DNA from: Candidatus Latescibacterota bacterium
Lineage (GTDB): Bacteria > Latescibacterota > UBA2968 > UBA8231
Length of the DNA stretch: 64,000 nucleotides
Assembly: GCA_964291625.2 (NCBI GenBank)
Contig: OZ220090.1
Location: forward strand, 800,001-864,000
Direction of reading: 5' to 3'
This document shows, piece after piece, positions 22,711-32,496 of this stretch. Made by a program: the position numbers and the translations under genes. Numbering within the stretch: position 1 is the stretch's first letter; each line of letters starts with the position of its first letter. Below the pieces are notes generated by a model. That model was not told where the DNA came from. It saw only the letters and a program-made list of their open reading frames with translations, and searched no databases.

Positions 22711-23712
22711 TCAGCCGCCGGCCTTCTCGTAGAGATCGCGCCCCTCCACGAGGGCCTCGATCTTGCGATCGGCGACGAGACGCTTCAGCATCCAGAAACC
22801 GCAGTCGGGGTTGATGCAGGCGATGCGCTCCGGTCCGACTACCGCCACCGTCTCGTCGATCTGGCGGGCGATCTCCTCGGCACTCTCGACGACGTTCGAC
22901 TTGATGTCGATGACGCCGAGCCCCAGACGCACAGAGCCGGAGACCCTCTTCAAAGCGGGCAGCTCCCAGTTGCTGCGGTGAGCCAGTTCCAGCAGAACGT
23001 GGTCGGCGTGCAGCCCGCCCAGGTAGTCGATCAGGTTCTTCCAACTCCCCTGCTGGATGGTCTGTCCGCCGTAGTTGCCGAAACAGAGATGCACCGCCGG
23101 CGTGGTCCGTACCCGGTCGAGGATGCGGTTCATCCCTTCCAGGGCCCACTCCCACTCCTCGGAATGGCCGGGAAGATTGGCCTCGTCCACCTGTACCACA
23201 TCGGCCTCGATGTGGGCGACCTGCTCGGCGAGCACGTCGGCCATGGCCAGGCACAACTCCTGCCGGCTCGCGTAGTGGCGGTCGAGCAGGGTCTTGCACA
23301 GCATGTGCGGTCCCGTGAGGGTGAACTTGAGCTTGTGCGACGTCAGGCTTCGGGCGAGGGAGAAGTCGCCCGGCAGATCGAGTGAACCCGCCCCGATGGC
23401 TCCTTCCACGACCGCGCTCGGACGCCCGCGATAGGCCATCTCCGTCTCGCGGCGGAAGGCCTCCACGTCTTCCCATCCCACATGGCCGCGCACGTTTGCG
23501 AGAGGACGGACGAAGTACTCGATCATCCCGTTCGTCTCGGGATGGTTGACGTCGAATCGTCCCAGCTCGCCATCGGCGAGAATGTCGATGCCGGCGTTCT
23601 CCTGGGTCTTAAGTACAACCGCCATGGCGTCGGCCAGGTTCTGCTCCGAGGGCAGCGCCGCCAGCCAGTCCGGGATCGGATAGCTGCCCACCACCGTCGT
23701 CAGGATTCCCAA
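22711..23712 (-). CDS. cobalamin-independent methionine synthase II family protein (core MetE, single barrel)
   Basis: TTVVGSYP, DGELGR, QVDEA, HLCFGN, LELA, NPDCGF (Zn ligands). About 333 aa; TTG start with GAGGAG SD. Confidence 0.85.
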   Translation of the reverse strand: MGILTTVVGSYPIPDWLAALPSEQNLADAMAVVLKTQENAGIDILADGELGRFDVNHPETNGMIEYFVRPLANVRGHVGWEDVEAFRRETEMAYRGRPSAVVEGAIGAGSLDLPGDFSLARSLTSHKLKFTLTGPHMLCKTLLDRHYASRQELCLAMADVLAEQVAHIEADVVQVDEANLPGHSEEWEWALEGMNRILDRVRTTPAVHLCFGNYGGQTIQQGSWKNLIDYLGGLHADHVLLELAHRSNWELPALKRVSGSVRLGLGVIDIKSNVVESAEEIARQIDETVAVVGPERIACINPDCGFWMLKRLVADRKIEALVEGRDLYEKAGG

Positions 23713-23731
23713 TCCGTGCTCTCCTCTCGGT

Positions 23732-25870
23732 TCATCCACCCCGGGCGCGCTCGAGCCCTTCGAGAACGATTCCCTTGGTGATCACCTCGGGCAGCACGAT
23801 CGGTTCGCGTGGGCGCCCCGCTGGAAAGATCACGTAGAGGGGCACTCCCGAGCGTCCGAAGGCGCGCAGCATGCGGGTGATCTCGGGGTTCCGGTTTGTC
23901 CAGTCCGCCTTCACCAGGACCACCCCCAGCTCCTCGAAGCGGTCCCTCACATCCGGGTCCGACAGCACGACCCGCTCGTTGACCTTGCACGTCCAGCACC
24001 ACTCGGCGGTGAAGTCGATGAAGAGATGGCGGTCCTGCGCCAGCAGCGACTCGAGGCGCTGCACGTCGAACTCCTCCCATCCCTCGGTCTCCAGGGGAGC
24101 GCCGGCCGGGCTCGCGAGAAGGGGGTGGAGGAAGAGGCCGTATCCGCCCAGGGCGACCAGGAAGGAGGCGGCCCAAGCGGCCCTCCGGCGGATCGTCGAG
24201 GTCCGCAGATCGATCCAGGTGCCAAGGATCCAGGCACCCAGGGCCAGGCAGAGCAGGAAGGCGCAGGTCCAGACCACGGCCTCCATCCCCAGCTGCTTGC
24301 CAACCACCCAGAGCAGCCAGAGCACGGTGGCCATGAGCAGGAACCCCATGGCCTGCTTGAAGCGCTCCATCCAGGCGCCGGGGCGAGGCAGGAACCGGAT
24401 CCACCGCGGCTGCCAGGCGAGGACCAGGTAGGGCAGGGAGAGTCCGGCGCCGATGGCGGCGAAGACGGCGAAGACCACCGGAGCCGGCTGGCTGAAGGCG
24501 AAGCCCAGAGCGGTCCCCAGGAAAGGCGCGGTGCAGGGCGTGGCCAGGACCGTGGCGAGGACGCCGTTGAAGAAGCTGTGACCCAGGCCCTCGCCCTGGG
24601 GGCCTCCCCCGAGGGCGCCGACGCTGCCCGGCAGGCGGATGGTGACGAGGCCGAAGAGGCTCAGGGCCAGGACGAAGACCAACCCCGTGAGGAAGAGCAC
24701 GAACCCGGGCGACTGGAACTGGAATCCCCAGCCGATCTGCTCTCCCGCCGCCTTCAGGGCGGTCACCAGGGCCGCCAGAACCATGAAGGTCAGCACCACC
24801 CCGGCGGAGAAGGCCAGGCCGAGCTGACGCACCCGGCGGGGCTCCTCTCCTCCCTGGGAGACGAGGGACAGGGCCTTGAGGGAGATGACCGGCAGCACGC
24901 ACGGCATCAGGTTCAGGATCAGCCCCCCGATGACCGCCATCAGCAGGTACCACCACAGGGACGAGGCGCCGCCCGGCGCCGCCTCGAACTCCGCGGCGAG
25001 GAGGTCGATACCGCTCTCGCGCAGGTCGAAACGGATGGTGCGGAACCGGCGCTCCCCCCCCGCCCCGGGAAAGGCGATGACGCCGGCCAGCTCGCCGGGC
25101 AGCGGCTCTCCCGGGTAGGGCTCGATGCGCAGCTCCGAGCGGGTCCGCTTCGGACCCTGCTCCACGAGGGCGCCGACATCGAGGCTGGCTCTGTCGCCAT
25201 CGGGGAGAGGAAAGAACCCGGGCGGCTCCCCCCCTCCCTCGTGAGCGGCGGTCACCTCCACCGCCACCCGCAGGGCGCCGCCGTCGGCTTTGACCAGCGG
25301 CCGCCAGCTGACGGGGTCCGCCTCGGACAGGGGCGCCGGCACCCGGGCCCGGTAGCGGTCGAAGAGCTCGGCGTGATCCGGCGCCGCCTCCCCGGCCTCG
25401 AGGTCCAGCGACAGGATCGCCCCCCCGGGGATGCAGATCTCCCGGCAGACCAGCCAGCTCACCTCGGCCGTGAACCGCATGGTGTCGGGCAGAACCGCCG
25501 GCGGGCGCACGGGGGCCAGCAGCAGCACCTCATCGGCGTACCCGAAGACGGTCAGGTCGTCCTCCTGGTAGCGGTGCGGTCCCGGCCACTGCAGGGGAGC
25601 GACATCGAAACCCTGCGGGGTCTGCCAGACGACCTCGGTGGCCTGTCCCGCGTCCCCGGGCCAGGCCCAGTAGGTGTGCCATCCGGGGTCTTGCTCGAGG
25701 TGCACTCCGAGGTTGAAGCCACGTCCCGCCTCGACATTGGTCACGTCGGCGAGCAGCCGGGCGCGGACGGGATCGGGGAACTGAGCCTCGGCTTCGGAGG
25801 GCGCAAACGCCGGCAAGAGCACGAGACCCAGGGCGATGGTCATCGTGCAGCCCGAAGGCTGCGCTCTCAT
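23732..25870 (-). CDS. dsbD: thiol:disulfide interchange protein DsbD family
   Basis: GWHTYW, VCREICIPG, LNLMPCVLPV, ATPCTAP, thioredoxin WCWTC. ATGA overlap with aroA. Confidence 0.9.
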   Translation of the reverse strand: MRAQPSGCTMTIALGLVLLPAFAPSEAEAQFPDPVRARLLADVTNVEAGRGFNLGVHLEQDPGWHTYWAWPGDAGQATEVVWQTPQGFDVAPLQWPGPHRYQEDDLTVFGYADEVLLLAPVRPPAVLPDTMRFTAEVSWLVCREICIPGGAILSLDLEAGEAAPDHAELFDRYRARVPAPLSEADPVSWRPLVKADGGALRVAVEVTAAHEGGGEPPGFFPLPDGDRASLDVGALVEQGPKRTRSELRIEPYPGEPLPGELAGVIAFPGAGGERRFRTIRFDLRESGIDLLAAEFEAAPGGASSLWWYLLMAVIGGLILNLMPCVLPVISLKALSLVSQGGEEPRRVRQLGLAFSAGVVLTFMVLAALVTALKAAGEQIGWGFQFQSPGFVLFLTGLVFVLALSLFGLVTIRLPGSVGALGGGPQGEGLGHSFFNGVLATVLATPCTAPFLGTALGFAFSQPAPVVFAVFAAIGAGLSLPYLVLAWQPRWIRFLPRPGAWMERFKQAMGFLLMATVLWLLWVVGKQLGMEAVVWTCAFLLCLALGAWILGTWIDLRTSTIRRRAAWAASFLVALGGYGLFLHPLLASPAGAPLETEGWEEFDVQRLESLLAQDRHLFIDFTAEWCWTCKVNERVVLSDPDVRDRFEELGVVLVKADWTNRNPEITRMLRAFGRSGVPLYVIFPAGRPREPIVLPEVITKGIVLEGLERARGG

Positions 25871-27177
25871 GCCGGATCCTCCTCGAGGTCGATCCTGGCC
25901 CCGAGCCCGATGAGATCCGGGAAGAACCCGGGATAGGACTTGCCCACGGTCTGGGCGTCGCGCACGGCCACGCCCTCGAGGCTGCGGAGTCCCATTATGG
26001 CGAGCATCTGCGCCACCCTGTGGTCGTGGTAGGTGCCGGCCTCGTGACCGCCCTCGTATCCCTCCGGGCGGCCTCGCACGACGATCGCCGCCCGCTCCTC
26101 GTCGCAGTCGACGCCGAAGCGCCGCAGCTCGCGCACGGGGACGGCGATCCGGTCGCACTCCTTGAGCCGCAGGTTGCCGATGCCGTGGAACCGGCTCGTG
26201 CCCCGGGCGTGGGCGGCGACCGGCAGCATGGCCAGCACGGCATCGGTGGCCTGGTCACCGTCGAAGTCGGCCCCGCGAAGCCCGTCGTGGCCCTTCAGGC
26301 GGACCCGCTCGCCGTCGTGGGAGATGGCGGCCCCGGTCCGCGTCAGCCAGTCGAGAACGGCGCGCTCCCCCTGCCGGTCCTCGAAGAGGCGCTCCACGGC
26401 GATGGAGCCGTTGGTGAGGGCGCCCGCCGCCAGGATCGCCGCCGCCGACGGGTAGTCCCCGTTTACGGAGTACTCGCGCGGCTGGTAGCTCTGTCCGCCG
26501 GGGATCCGGAAGCTCAGGAGGTCCTCCGCGGTCTCCACCTCGATCCCGGCGCTTCCGAGGACCTCGAGGGTGGTGAGCACCAGCGGCCTGGAGACCAGCC
26601 CGTCGGTGACCTCGATGGCCAGGTCCTCGCCCACCAGGGGCGCCAGGAACAGCAGCGAGCTCAGGAACTGGGAACTGCGGGCGCCGCTGACGCGCACGGT
26701 GCCGCCGCGCAGGGCGCCTCCCCGAATCGTCGCCGGCAGGCGCCCCCCGGCCGACTCCACGCGGGCGCCGAGCTGGTCGAGAGCGGCGAACAACTCGTCG
26801 TGGGGCCGCCTCCCCAGGGAGTCGGCGAAGGAGGTCTCGAAACGAACCTCCGGGAGCATCGCCCCCACGCCCATGAGGAGGCGCGAGACGGCGCCGGCGT
26901 TGCCCACGTCCAGGACCCCCGGACTTGCGGGGCGCGTTCCGAAGCCGCGCACGCGCAGGTGACGGCCGTCGTCGTCCACCTCCTCCCGGATCCCGGCGCC
27001 GAGGAGACGCAGGCAGCGCACGAGGGCGTCGGCGTCCTCCGAGCGGGCGGGGTGATGGATCAGGCTCTCTCCCTCGGCCAGGGCCGCCGCCAGCAGGTAG
27101 CGGGCGGTGTAGTTCTTCGACGACGGAGGGCTGAGTGTCCCGCTCAGGGACTCCGTGTAGTGGACTCTCGCTCTCAA
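25867..27177 (-). CDS. aroA: 3-phosphoshikimate 1-carboxyvinyltransferase
   Basis: PSSKNYTAR, VGNAGAVSR, SSQFLSSLL, NLRLKECDRI, DHRVA, KSYPGF motifs. Confidence 0.92.
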   Translation of the reverse strand: MRARVHYTESLSGTLSPPSSKNYTARYLLAAALAEGESLIHHPARSEDADALVRCLRLLGAGIREEVDDDGRHLRVRGFGTRPASPGVLDVGNAGAVSRLLMGVGAMLPEVRFETSFADSLGRRPHDELFAALDQLGARVESAGGRLPATIRGGALRGGTVRVSGARSSQFLSSLLFLAPLVGEDLAIEVTDGLVSRPLVLTTLEVLGSAGIEVETAEDLLSFRIPGGQSYQPREYSVNGDYPSAAAILAAGALTNGSIAVERLFEDRQGERAVLDWLTRTGAAISHDGERVRLKGHDGLRGADFDGDQATDAVLAMLPVAAHARGTSRFHGIGNLRLKECDRIAVPVRELRRFGVDCDEERAAIVVRGRPEGYEGGHEAGTYHDHRVAQMLAIMGLRSLEGVAVRDAQTVGKSYPGFFPDLIGLGARIDLEEDPA

Positions 27178-27181
27178 GGGA

Positions 27182-28204
27182 TCAGAAGGCTCCCGTCCGC
27201 GACTCGTAGCGGGTCGGCTTGCCGAGGCTGGCGCCACCGGTCTCGACCCAGCGCGCCATCCACTCGACGACCGTGTCGATGGGGGTATCGGGAGGTCCCA
27301 GCCGCTCCCTGAGGGCGGAGCTGTCGCCGAGGAGAGCGGTCTCGCTCTCGTGGCCGGCGAACCGCGGCTCCCGGTGGAGGAGCTCGCCGAAGCGCTCCGC
27401 CAGGCGGCGCACGGAGAGCACCTCGGAGCCGGTCAGGTTGAGCGTCGTCGGCGGGCTCGTGCACAAGGGAAAGGAACGGGCCAGGTAGGCGTTGGCGTCT
27501 CCCTGCCAGATCTGGTTCACGTGTCCCATGGCCAGCTCCACCGGATCGCCGGACCACACCTTCCAGGCGATGTCGTGGAGGATGCCGTAGCGCAGCTCGG
27601 TGGCATAGAACAGACGCGCCGTGAACAGACGGGCTCCCGAGGTCCGAGCCGCGTGCTCGGCGAGTCTCTCCCCGCCGAGGCGGGACTGGGCGTACTCCCC
27701 CACCGGCCCCGTCGGGTCCGACTCGGAGGCCCCGCGGCCGTCGACGGAGGTGAAGGCGTAGACGTTCCCGGAGCTGACGTAGCAGACTTCGGCGTCGGCG
27801 TAGCGCTCGACGGCGCGGGCGGGCAGAAGCCCGTTCACCGCCCAGGTCGTCCAGGGGTCCCCGCGGGCTCCGAACTTGAAGCCCGCCAGGAGGAAGACGT
27901 GGGCCGCCTCCGGCAGGGAGGCCAGGGAGCCGTCCAGCAGGTCGGCGCGAACGGTGGTGACGCCGAGGTGATCGAGGCGCGCGCGGGCGGCAGCGTCCGA
28001 GAAACGGGCCACGCCGATGACCCGGCGGCCCCCCTCGGCGGCCCCGGCGCGCACCAGGAGCTCCGCCAGGGAGGGTCCCATCTTGCCCCCCGCACCGAGA
28101 AGGACCACGTCGCCGCGGTACTTCGAGACGGCGTCGCGAACGGCGGGCGTGGGCCGGGTCATGACCTCGAGCAGCTCTTCCTCGGTCCGGGGCGGATGCG
28201 CCAT
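27182..28204 (-). CDS. NAD-dependent epimerase/dehydratase family protein
   Basis: LGAGGKMGPS, SSGNVY, GEYAQSRLG, NQIWQGDAN motifs. Confidence 0.8.
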   Translation of the reverse strand: MAHPPRTEEELLEVMTRPTPAVRDAVSKYRGDVVLLGAGGKMGPSLAELLVRAGAAEGGRRVIGVARFSDAAARARLDHLGVTTVRADLLDGSLASLPEAAHVFLLAGFKFGARGDPWTTWAVNGLLPARAVERYADAEVCYVSSGNVYAFTSVDGRGASESDPTGPVGEYAQSRLGGERLAEHAARTSGARLFTARLFYATELRYGILHDIAWKVWSGDPVELAMGHVNQIWQGDANAYLARSFPLCTSPPTTLNLTGSEVLSVRRLAERFGELLHREPRFAGHESETALLGDSSALRERLGPPDTPIDTVVEWMARWVETGGASLGKPTRYESRTGAF

Positions 28205-28286
28205 CCCCTTGCAGCCCTTTGCGTTGTGAGTCTCCTGGGAGGCTTCTATCTTACGGCCCCCCGCCGATGCGGTCGAGTGACTCCCC

Positions 28287-30557
28287 ATGTCGGATCCCCA
28301 GCGACAGCCGCCTTCGCCCAGGTCCCTCGATCTCTTCGAGGCCGGGCGCCGCGACGCCCTCGAGCGCGACCAGCCGCTGGCGGCGCGCCTGCGGCCTCGC
28401 ACCCTCGACGAGTTCGTCGGCCAGGACCACATCCTGGGACCCGGCCGCCTCCTGAAGCGCGCCATCCAGGCCGATCAACTCTCCTCCCTGATCTTCCATG
28501 GCCCGCCGGGGACCGGCAAGACGACGCTGGCCGCGGTCATCGCCAACACGACCAGGTCCCACTTCATCTCCATCAACGCCGTCCTCTCCGGGGTCGCCGA
28601 CATCCGCAGCGCCGTGGAGGAGGCCCAGGAGCGGCGCCGGCTCCACGGCCATCGCACGACCTTGTTCATCGACGAGGTCCACCGCTTCAACAAGGCCCAG
28701 CAGGACGCGCTGCTGCCCTGGGTCGAGAACGGGACGGTAGTACTCATCGGCGCGACGACGGAGAACCCCTACTTCTCGGTCAACCGGCCCCTGGTATCGC
28801 GCAGCCGCCTCTTCCAGTTGCGCGAGCTCGAGGCCGGCGACCTCCACCGCATCGCCCGGCATGCCCTGCAGGACCCCCGGGGGTACGCCGACCTGCGGGT
28901 CGACCTCCACGAGGACGCAGTGGCCCACCTCGTCGATGTCTGCAGCGGTGACGCCCGGGCCCTGCTCAACGCCCTCGAGCTGGCGGTGGAGACGACGCCC
29001 CGGGATGCGGAAGGGGTGGTCCACGTCGATCTGGCCGTGGCCGAGGAGTCGATCCAGCGGCGCGCCGTTCTCTACGACAAGGAGGGCGACTACCACTTCG
29101 ACACGATCTCCGCCCTCATCAAGTCCCTGCGCGGGTCCGACCCCGATGCCGCCGTGTACTGGCTGGCGCGCATGGTCTACGCCGGGGAGGACCCCCACTT
29201 CCTGTTCCGTCGCATGCTGATCTTCGCCAGCGAGGACGTGGGCCTGGCCGACCCCGAGGCCCTGGGGGTGGTCACCGCGGCGGCCGAGGCTTTCGACCGG
29301 GTCGGCCTGCCCGAGGGGCGGTTCCATCTCGCCCACGCCGCCCTCTACCTGGCCACGGCGCCGAAGAGCAACTCCACCTTCGCCTTCTTCGACGCTCTGG
29401 CCGCCGTGGAGGCGGAGGGCGACGGAGAGGTACCGAACCCTCTGAAGGACGCCAGCCGGGACGCTGAGGGGCTCGGCCACGGGGCCGGCTACCTGTACCC
29501 ACACGCCTACCGCGACCACTGGGTGGCGCAGCAGTACCTGCCCGACAGCCTCCACGGACGCCTGTTCTACCAGCCTTCGGACCAGGGCCGGGAGCGCGAC
29601 CTCGGGGACCGCGTGCGGCGGCGCCGGGAACTGCAGCTGGCCGCGGCGGCCGAGGCCGGCCCCAGCGGCGTCGATCCCCTCACCCACTCCCCCGAGGACC
29701 GGTCCCGCGACCAGTGGCTGGTGCGCGCCGGCGGCGAGGTGAGCGCCCAGCTCGACCATGTGCGGCAGCGGCTCTTCGCCTCGGTGAAGCTCGCCCGCCA
29801 CCACGTCGTCCTCGACCTGGACGCGGCCTCGGGGCTGCTCACCTGGGAGGCCCTGCGCCGCGTCCCCGAAGGCGGCGTCTGGTCCCTGTGCACGGACCGC
29901 ACCTCGGCGGTCGCCCTGCGGGAGATGGCCAGCCATTCTCTCCCCGAGCTGAGCCGCCCCGTGGTCCTGGAGGGGCCCCTCATCCGGGCGGCGGACCTGG
30001 TGAGGCTGCAGGACGAGGGACTGCGCTTCGACGCCGTCCTCGGGCGCAACACCCTCGGCAGCGTGAGCGGCCGCGAGAAGGCGGCGCGGCGGATCGTGGA
30101 GCTCCTGGCCCCGGGAGCCGTCCTCTGCCTCGCGGAGACGGTACCCCGGCTCGGTCAGCGGCTGACGGACCTGGTGCCGGTGGCCGAGTTGGGGGAGGAC
30201 ATGGCCGGGCGGCTGCATCGGGCAGAGGAAGAGATCTACCGGGACGAGGACAACCCGCGCGTCTCCTGGGAACCGGGCGACCTGGAGCCCCTGTGGTCGG
30301 AGGCCGGCCTGACCTCGGTGCGAATCGAGACCGAGGTCCTGACCGCCTCCCGGCGGCTCGGCAGCCGGGAGCTGGGGAGGTGGTTCAGCCCCGGCGGGGA
30401 GAAGCACGGCACCTTCGCCGCCTACCTCCGCCGGCACCTCTCCGAGGACGAGGTCCGCCAGGTACGGCGGCTCTTCGAGAGCCAGTTGATGAACCAGGAA
30501 GTCGACTGGTCGACGACCTACGCCTACGTCAGCGGCCGCTCGGCCGCGGAGACCTGA
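28287..30557 (+). CDS. rarA: replication-associated recombination AAA+ ATPase RarA/MgsA with C-terminal methyltransferase-like domain
   Basis: PLAARLRP, GPPGTGKTT, FIDEVHRFNKAQQD, KSLRGSDPDAA, YLYPH motifs; about 300 aa extra C-terminus. Confidence 0.9.
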   Translation: MSDPQRQPPSPRSLDLFEAGRRDALERDQPLAARLRPRTLDEFVGQDHILGPGRLLKRAIQADQLSSLIFHGPPGTGKTTLAAVIANTTRSHFISINAVLSGVADIRSAVEEAQERRRLHGHRTTLFIDEVHRFNKAQQDALLPWVENGTVVLIGATTENPYFSVNRPLVSRSRLFQLRELEAGDLHRIARHALQDPRGYADLRVDLHEDAVAHLVDVCSGDARALLNALELAVETTPRDAEGVVHVDLAVAEESIQRRAVLYDKEGDYHFDTISALIKSLRGSDPDAAVYWLARMVYAGEDPHFLFRRMLIFASEDVGLADPEALGVVTAAAEAFDRVGLPEGRFHLAHAALYLATAPKSNSTFAFFDALAAVEAEGDGEVPNPLKDASRDAEGLGHGAGYLYPHAYRDHWVAQQYLPDSLHGRLFYQPSDQGRERDLGDRVRRRRELQLAAAAEAGPSGVDPLTHSPEDRSRDQWLVRAGGEVSAQLDHVRQRLFASVKLARHHVVLDLDAASGLLTWEALRRVPEGGVWSLCTDRTSAVALREMASHSLPELSRPVVLEGPLIRAADLVRLQDEGLRFDAVLGRNTLGSVSGREKAARRIVELLAPGAVLCLAETVPRLGQRLTDLVPVAELGEDMAGRLHRAEEEIYRDEDNPRVSWEPGDLEPLWSEAGLTSVRIETEVLTASRRLGSRELGRWFSPGGEKHGTFAAYLRRHLSEDEVRQVRRLFESQLMNQEVDWSTTYAYVSGRSAAET

Positions 30558-30575
30558 TCGCGGGCGGCCCCGGCC

Positions 30576-31151
30576 TCAGCCGCCGGCCGGCGCCCGGTCG
30601 ATGAGCGCCCCCGCCTCCTGGCGCAGGCCGTCGAAGCGCCGCAGCAGGTCCGCCGGGCCGGCCCCCTGGTGGTCGAAGAACTCCCGGAAGTGATCGGGCA
30701 GCACCGGCAGCACCCGGTCCAGCAGGGAGTAGAGGAGCGGGGCGGTGCGGGTCCCGGCCAGCCAGCCCGGACCCTCCGGCAGATAGCGGCCCACCAGCAG
30801 CACCAGCACCATCAGCAGCAGCACGCCGGCGAGCGCTCCCAGGAGGGCGCCGAGGACCCGGTCGACCACGCCCAGGAGAATGGCGTAGACGACGCTCCTC
30901 AGGACCCGGGACAGGAGGTTGACCGAGAGGGCCACGGCCACGAAGACGACCGTGAAGGCGGCCACCAGCCGCAGGACGGGATGACCGAAGGAGGGCATCA
31001 TCGCCGCCGCGGCGCTGTGCAGGTAGAGGCCGCCGAGGAGGCCCAGGGCGACCGCCAGCAGGGCCGAGACCTGCTGGATCAGGCCCCGGCCGTAGCCGCG
31101 CACGGCCAGGGCGATCACCAGGACCGCGGCGATTCCGTCGAACCAGTGCAT
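30576..31151 (-). CDS. cvpA: CvpA family membrane protein
   Basis: MHWFD…GYGRGLI…DRVLGALLG; four hydrophobic segments. Confidence 0.8.
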   Translation of the reverse strand: MHWFDGIAAVLVIALAVRGYGRGLIQQVSALLAVALGLLGGLYLHSAAAAMMPSFGHPVLRLVAAFTVVFVAVALSVNLLSRVLRSVVYAILLGVVDRVLGALLGALAGVLLLMVLVLLVGRYLPEGPGWLAGTRTAPLLYSLLDRVLPVLPDHFREFFDHQGAGPADLLRRFDGLRQEAGALIDRAPAGG

Positions 31152-31227
31152 CTCTTGAGAAACGGCCTCCTGCGGGCGCTGCGTGGAGGTTGCCACCTTC
31201 GGCGGGGGCGCAATAGATTAGCCGCCC

Positions 31228-32496
31228 ATGCAGGCTCACCTCGACAAGGTACGCTGCAAAGTGCGCTTCCCCCATTCCCCGGGCCCGAAGTCGTGGAGCC
31301 GTGGTCTGTTCTGGCTGCTGCCCCTCGCCTTGTGCGCCTGCTCGACGACGGAGGAGCAGGTGCGGCGGCACATCGAGGTCACCGCCGCCAACGATGTCCA
31401 CTCCGAGCGCTGGGGCCTAGCCGTGGACGAGCTCGCCGCCATTGGACGCCCCGCCGCGCGCCAGCTCCTGGCCCTCCTCGACCCCGCCCAGTACCGCGGG
31501 GTCGACTACCGCGAGTTCCGCGACGAGATCGAGAGCACGCGCACCGCCGCCGCCGTGGTGCTGGGCCGCATCCGGCACCAGGCGGCCTCCGCCAGCATGC
31601 ACGCCCGCATCACCACCGCCTACCGCTACAACGAGCGCATCGCCTGCCTCCGGGGGGTCGGCGACCTGGGCTTCACCGAAGCGGCCGTGAAGGACCTCCG
31701 GGCCCAGCTCGCCGACGCCGACCCCGTCATCCGGCTGCTGGCCGCCATCTCCCTGGTCAAGCTCGGCGAGCTGGCGGCGCGCGACACGATCACCGCCGCC
31801 GTCGTCGAAGGCGGCGACGAGCTCGCGGAGATGGCGATCGCGGAACTCGAGGGTGCCAACTACCACGGGGTGCCCGTTCTCGTCGATCTCCTTTCACGGC
31901 AGGAGCACCGCCGGGAGCGCCTCGGCCAGGCCCTGGACAAGGTCCGCGAGCAGCTGGTGCGGCAGCTCGATGCCGACGACCCCGAGGTGCGCCGGGAGTC
32001 GGCGGCCGCCCTGGGCGAGATCGCCGATCCCATGGTCGTCGAGGCCCTGGTGGGCATGCTCGCCGATCCGAGCAACTTGGTACGCTTCAACGCCGCCGCC
32101 GCCCTGGTCCGCCTCGGCGACCGGCGCGGCACGGAGTTCCTCTTCGGCGCCCTGGACGATACCGACGCGGTTCTGCGCCTGAACGCGATCAAGTCCCTGG
32201 TCCGATTGCAGCAGTTGTCCGGACAGGTGGAGGACCGGCTCCTGGAGTGCCTGCGTTCGGACAGCCCGCGCCTGCGGTCGGGGGCGGCGCAGATCCTCGG
32301 CCGGGCCGAGGTCGCCTCGGCGGTGGAGGACCTGCTCTCGACGGCGGACGACGCCGACCCGGAGGTGCGCTGCAACGTCGCCATCGCCCTGGGCCACATC
32401 GGCGCTCCGTCCAGCCGCGGCACCCTCGAGCAGCTCGTGGGCGACGCCGACGAGACCGTCGCCTACTACGCCGGATGGGCCCTGGAGCAGTTGTGA
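31228..32496 (+). CDS. HEAT-repeat lipoprotein
   Basis: LCAC lipobox-like; repeated D.D..VR..AA.ALG. TTGCCA-18-TAGATT 8 nt before the ATG. Confidence 0.8.
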   Translation: MQAHLDKVRCKVRFPHSPGPKSWSRGLFWLLPLALCACSTTEEQVRRHIEVTAANDVHSERWGLAVDELAAIGRPAARQLLALLDPAQYRGVDYREFRDEIESTRTAAAVVLGRIRHQAASASMHARITTAYRYNERIACLRGVGDLGFTEAAVKDLRAQLADADPVIRLLAAISLVKLGELAARDTITAAVVEGGDELAEMAIAELEGANYHGVPVLVDLLSRQEHRRERLGQALDKVREQLVRQLDADDPEVRRESAAALGEIADPMVVEALVGMLADPSNLVRFNAAAALVRLGDRRGTEFLFGALDDTDAVLRLNAIKSLVRLQQLSGQVEDRLLECLRSDSPRLRSGAAQILGRAEVASAVEDLLSTADDADPEVRCNVAIALGHIGAPSSRGTLEQLVGDADETVAYYAGWALEQL

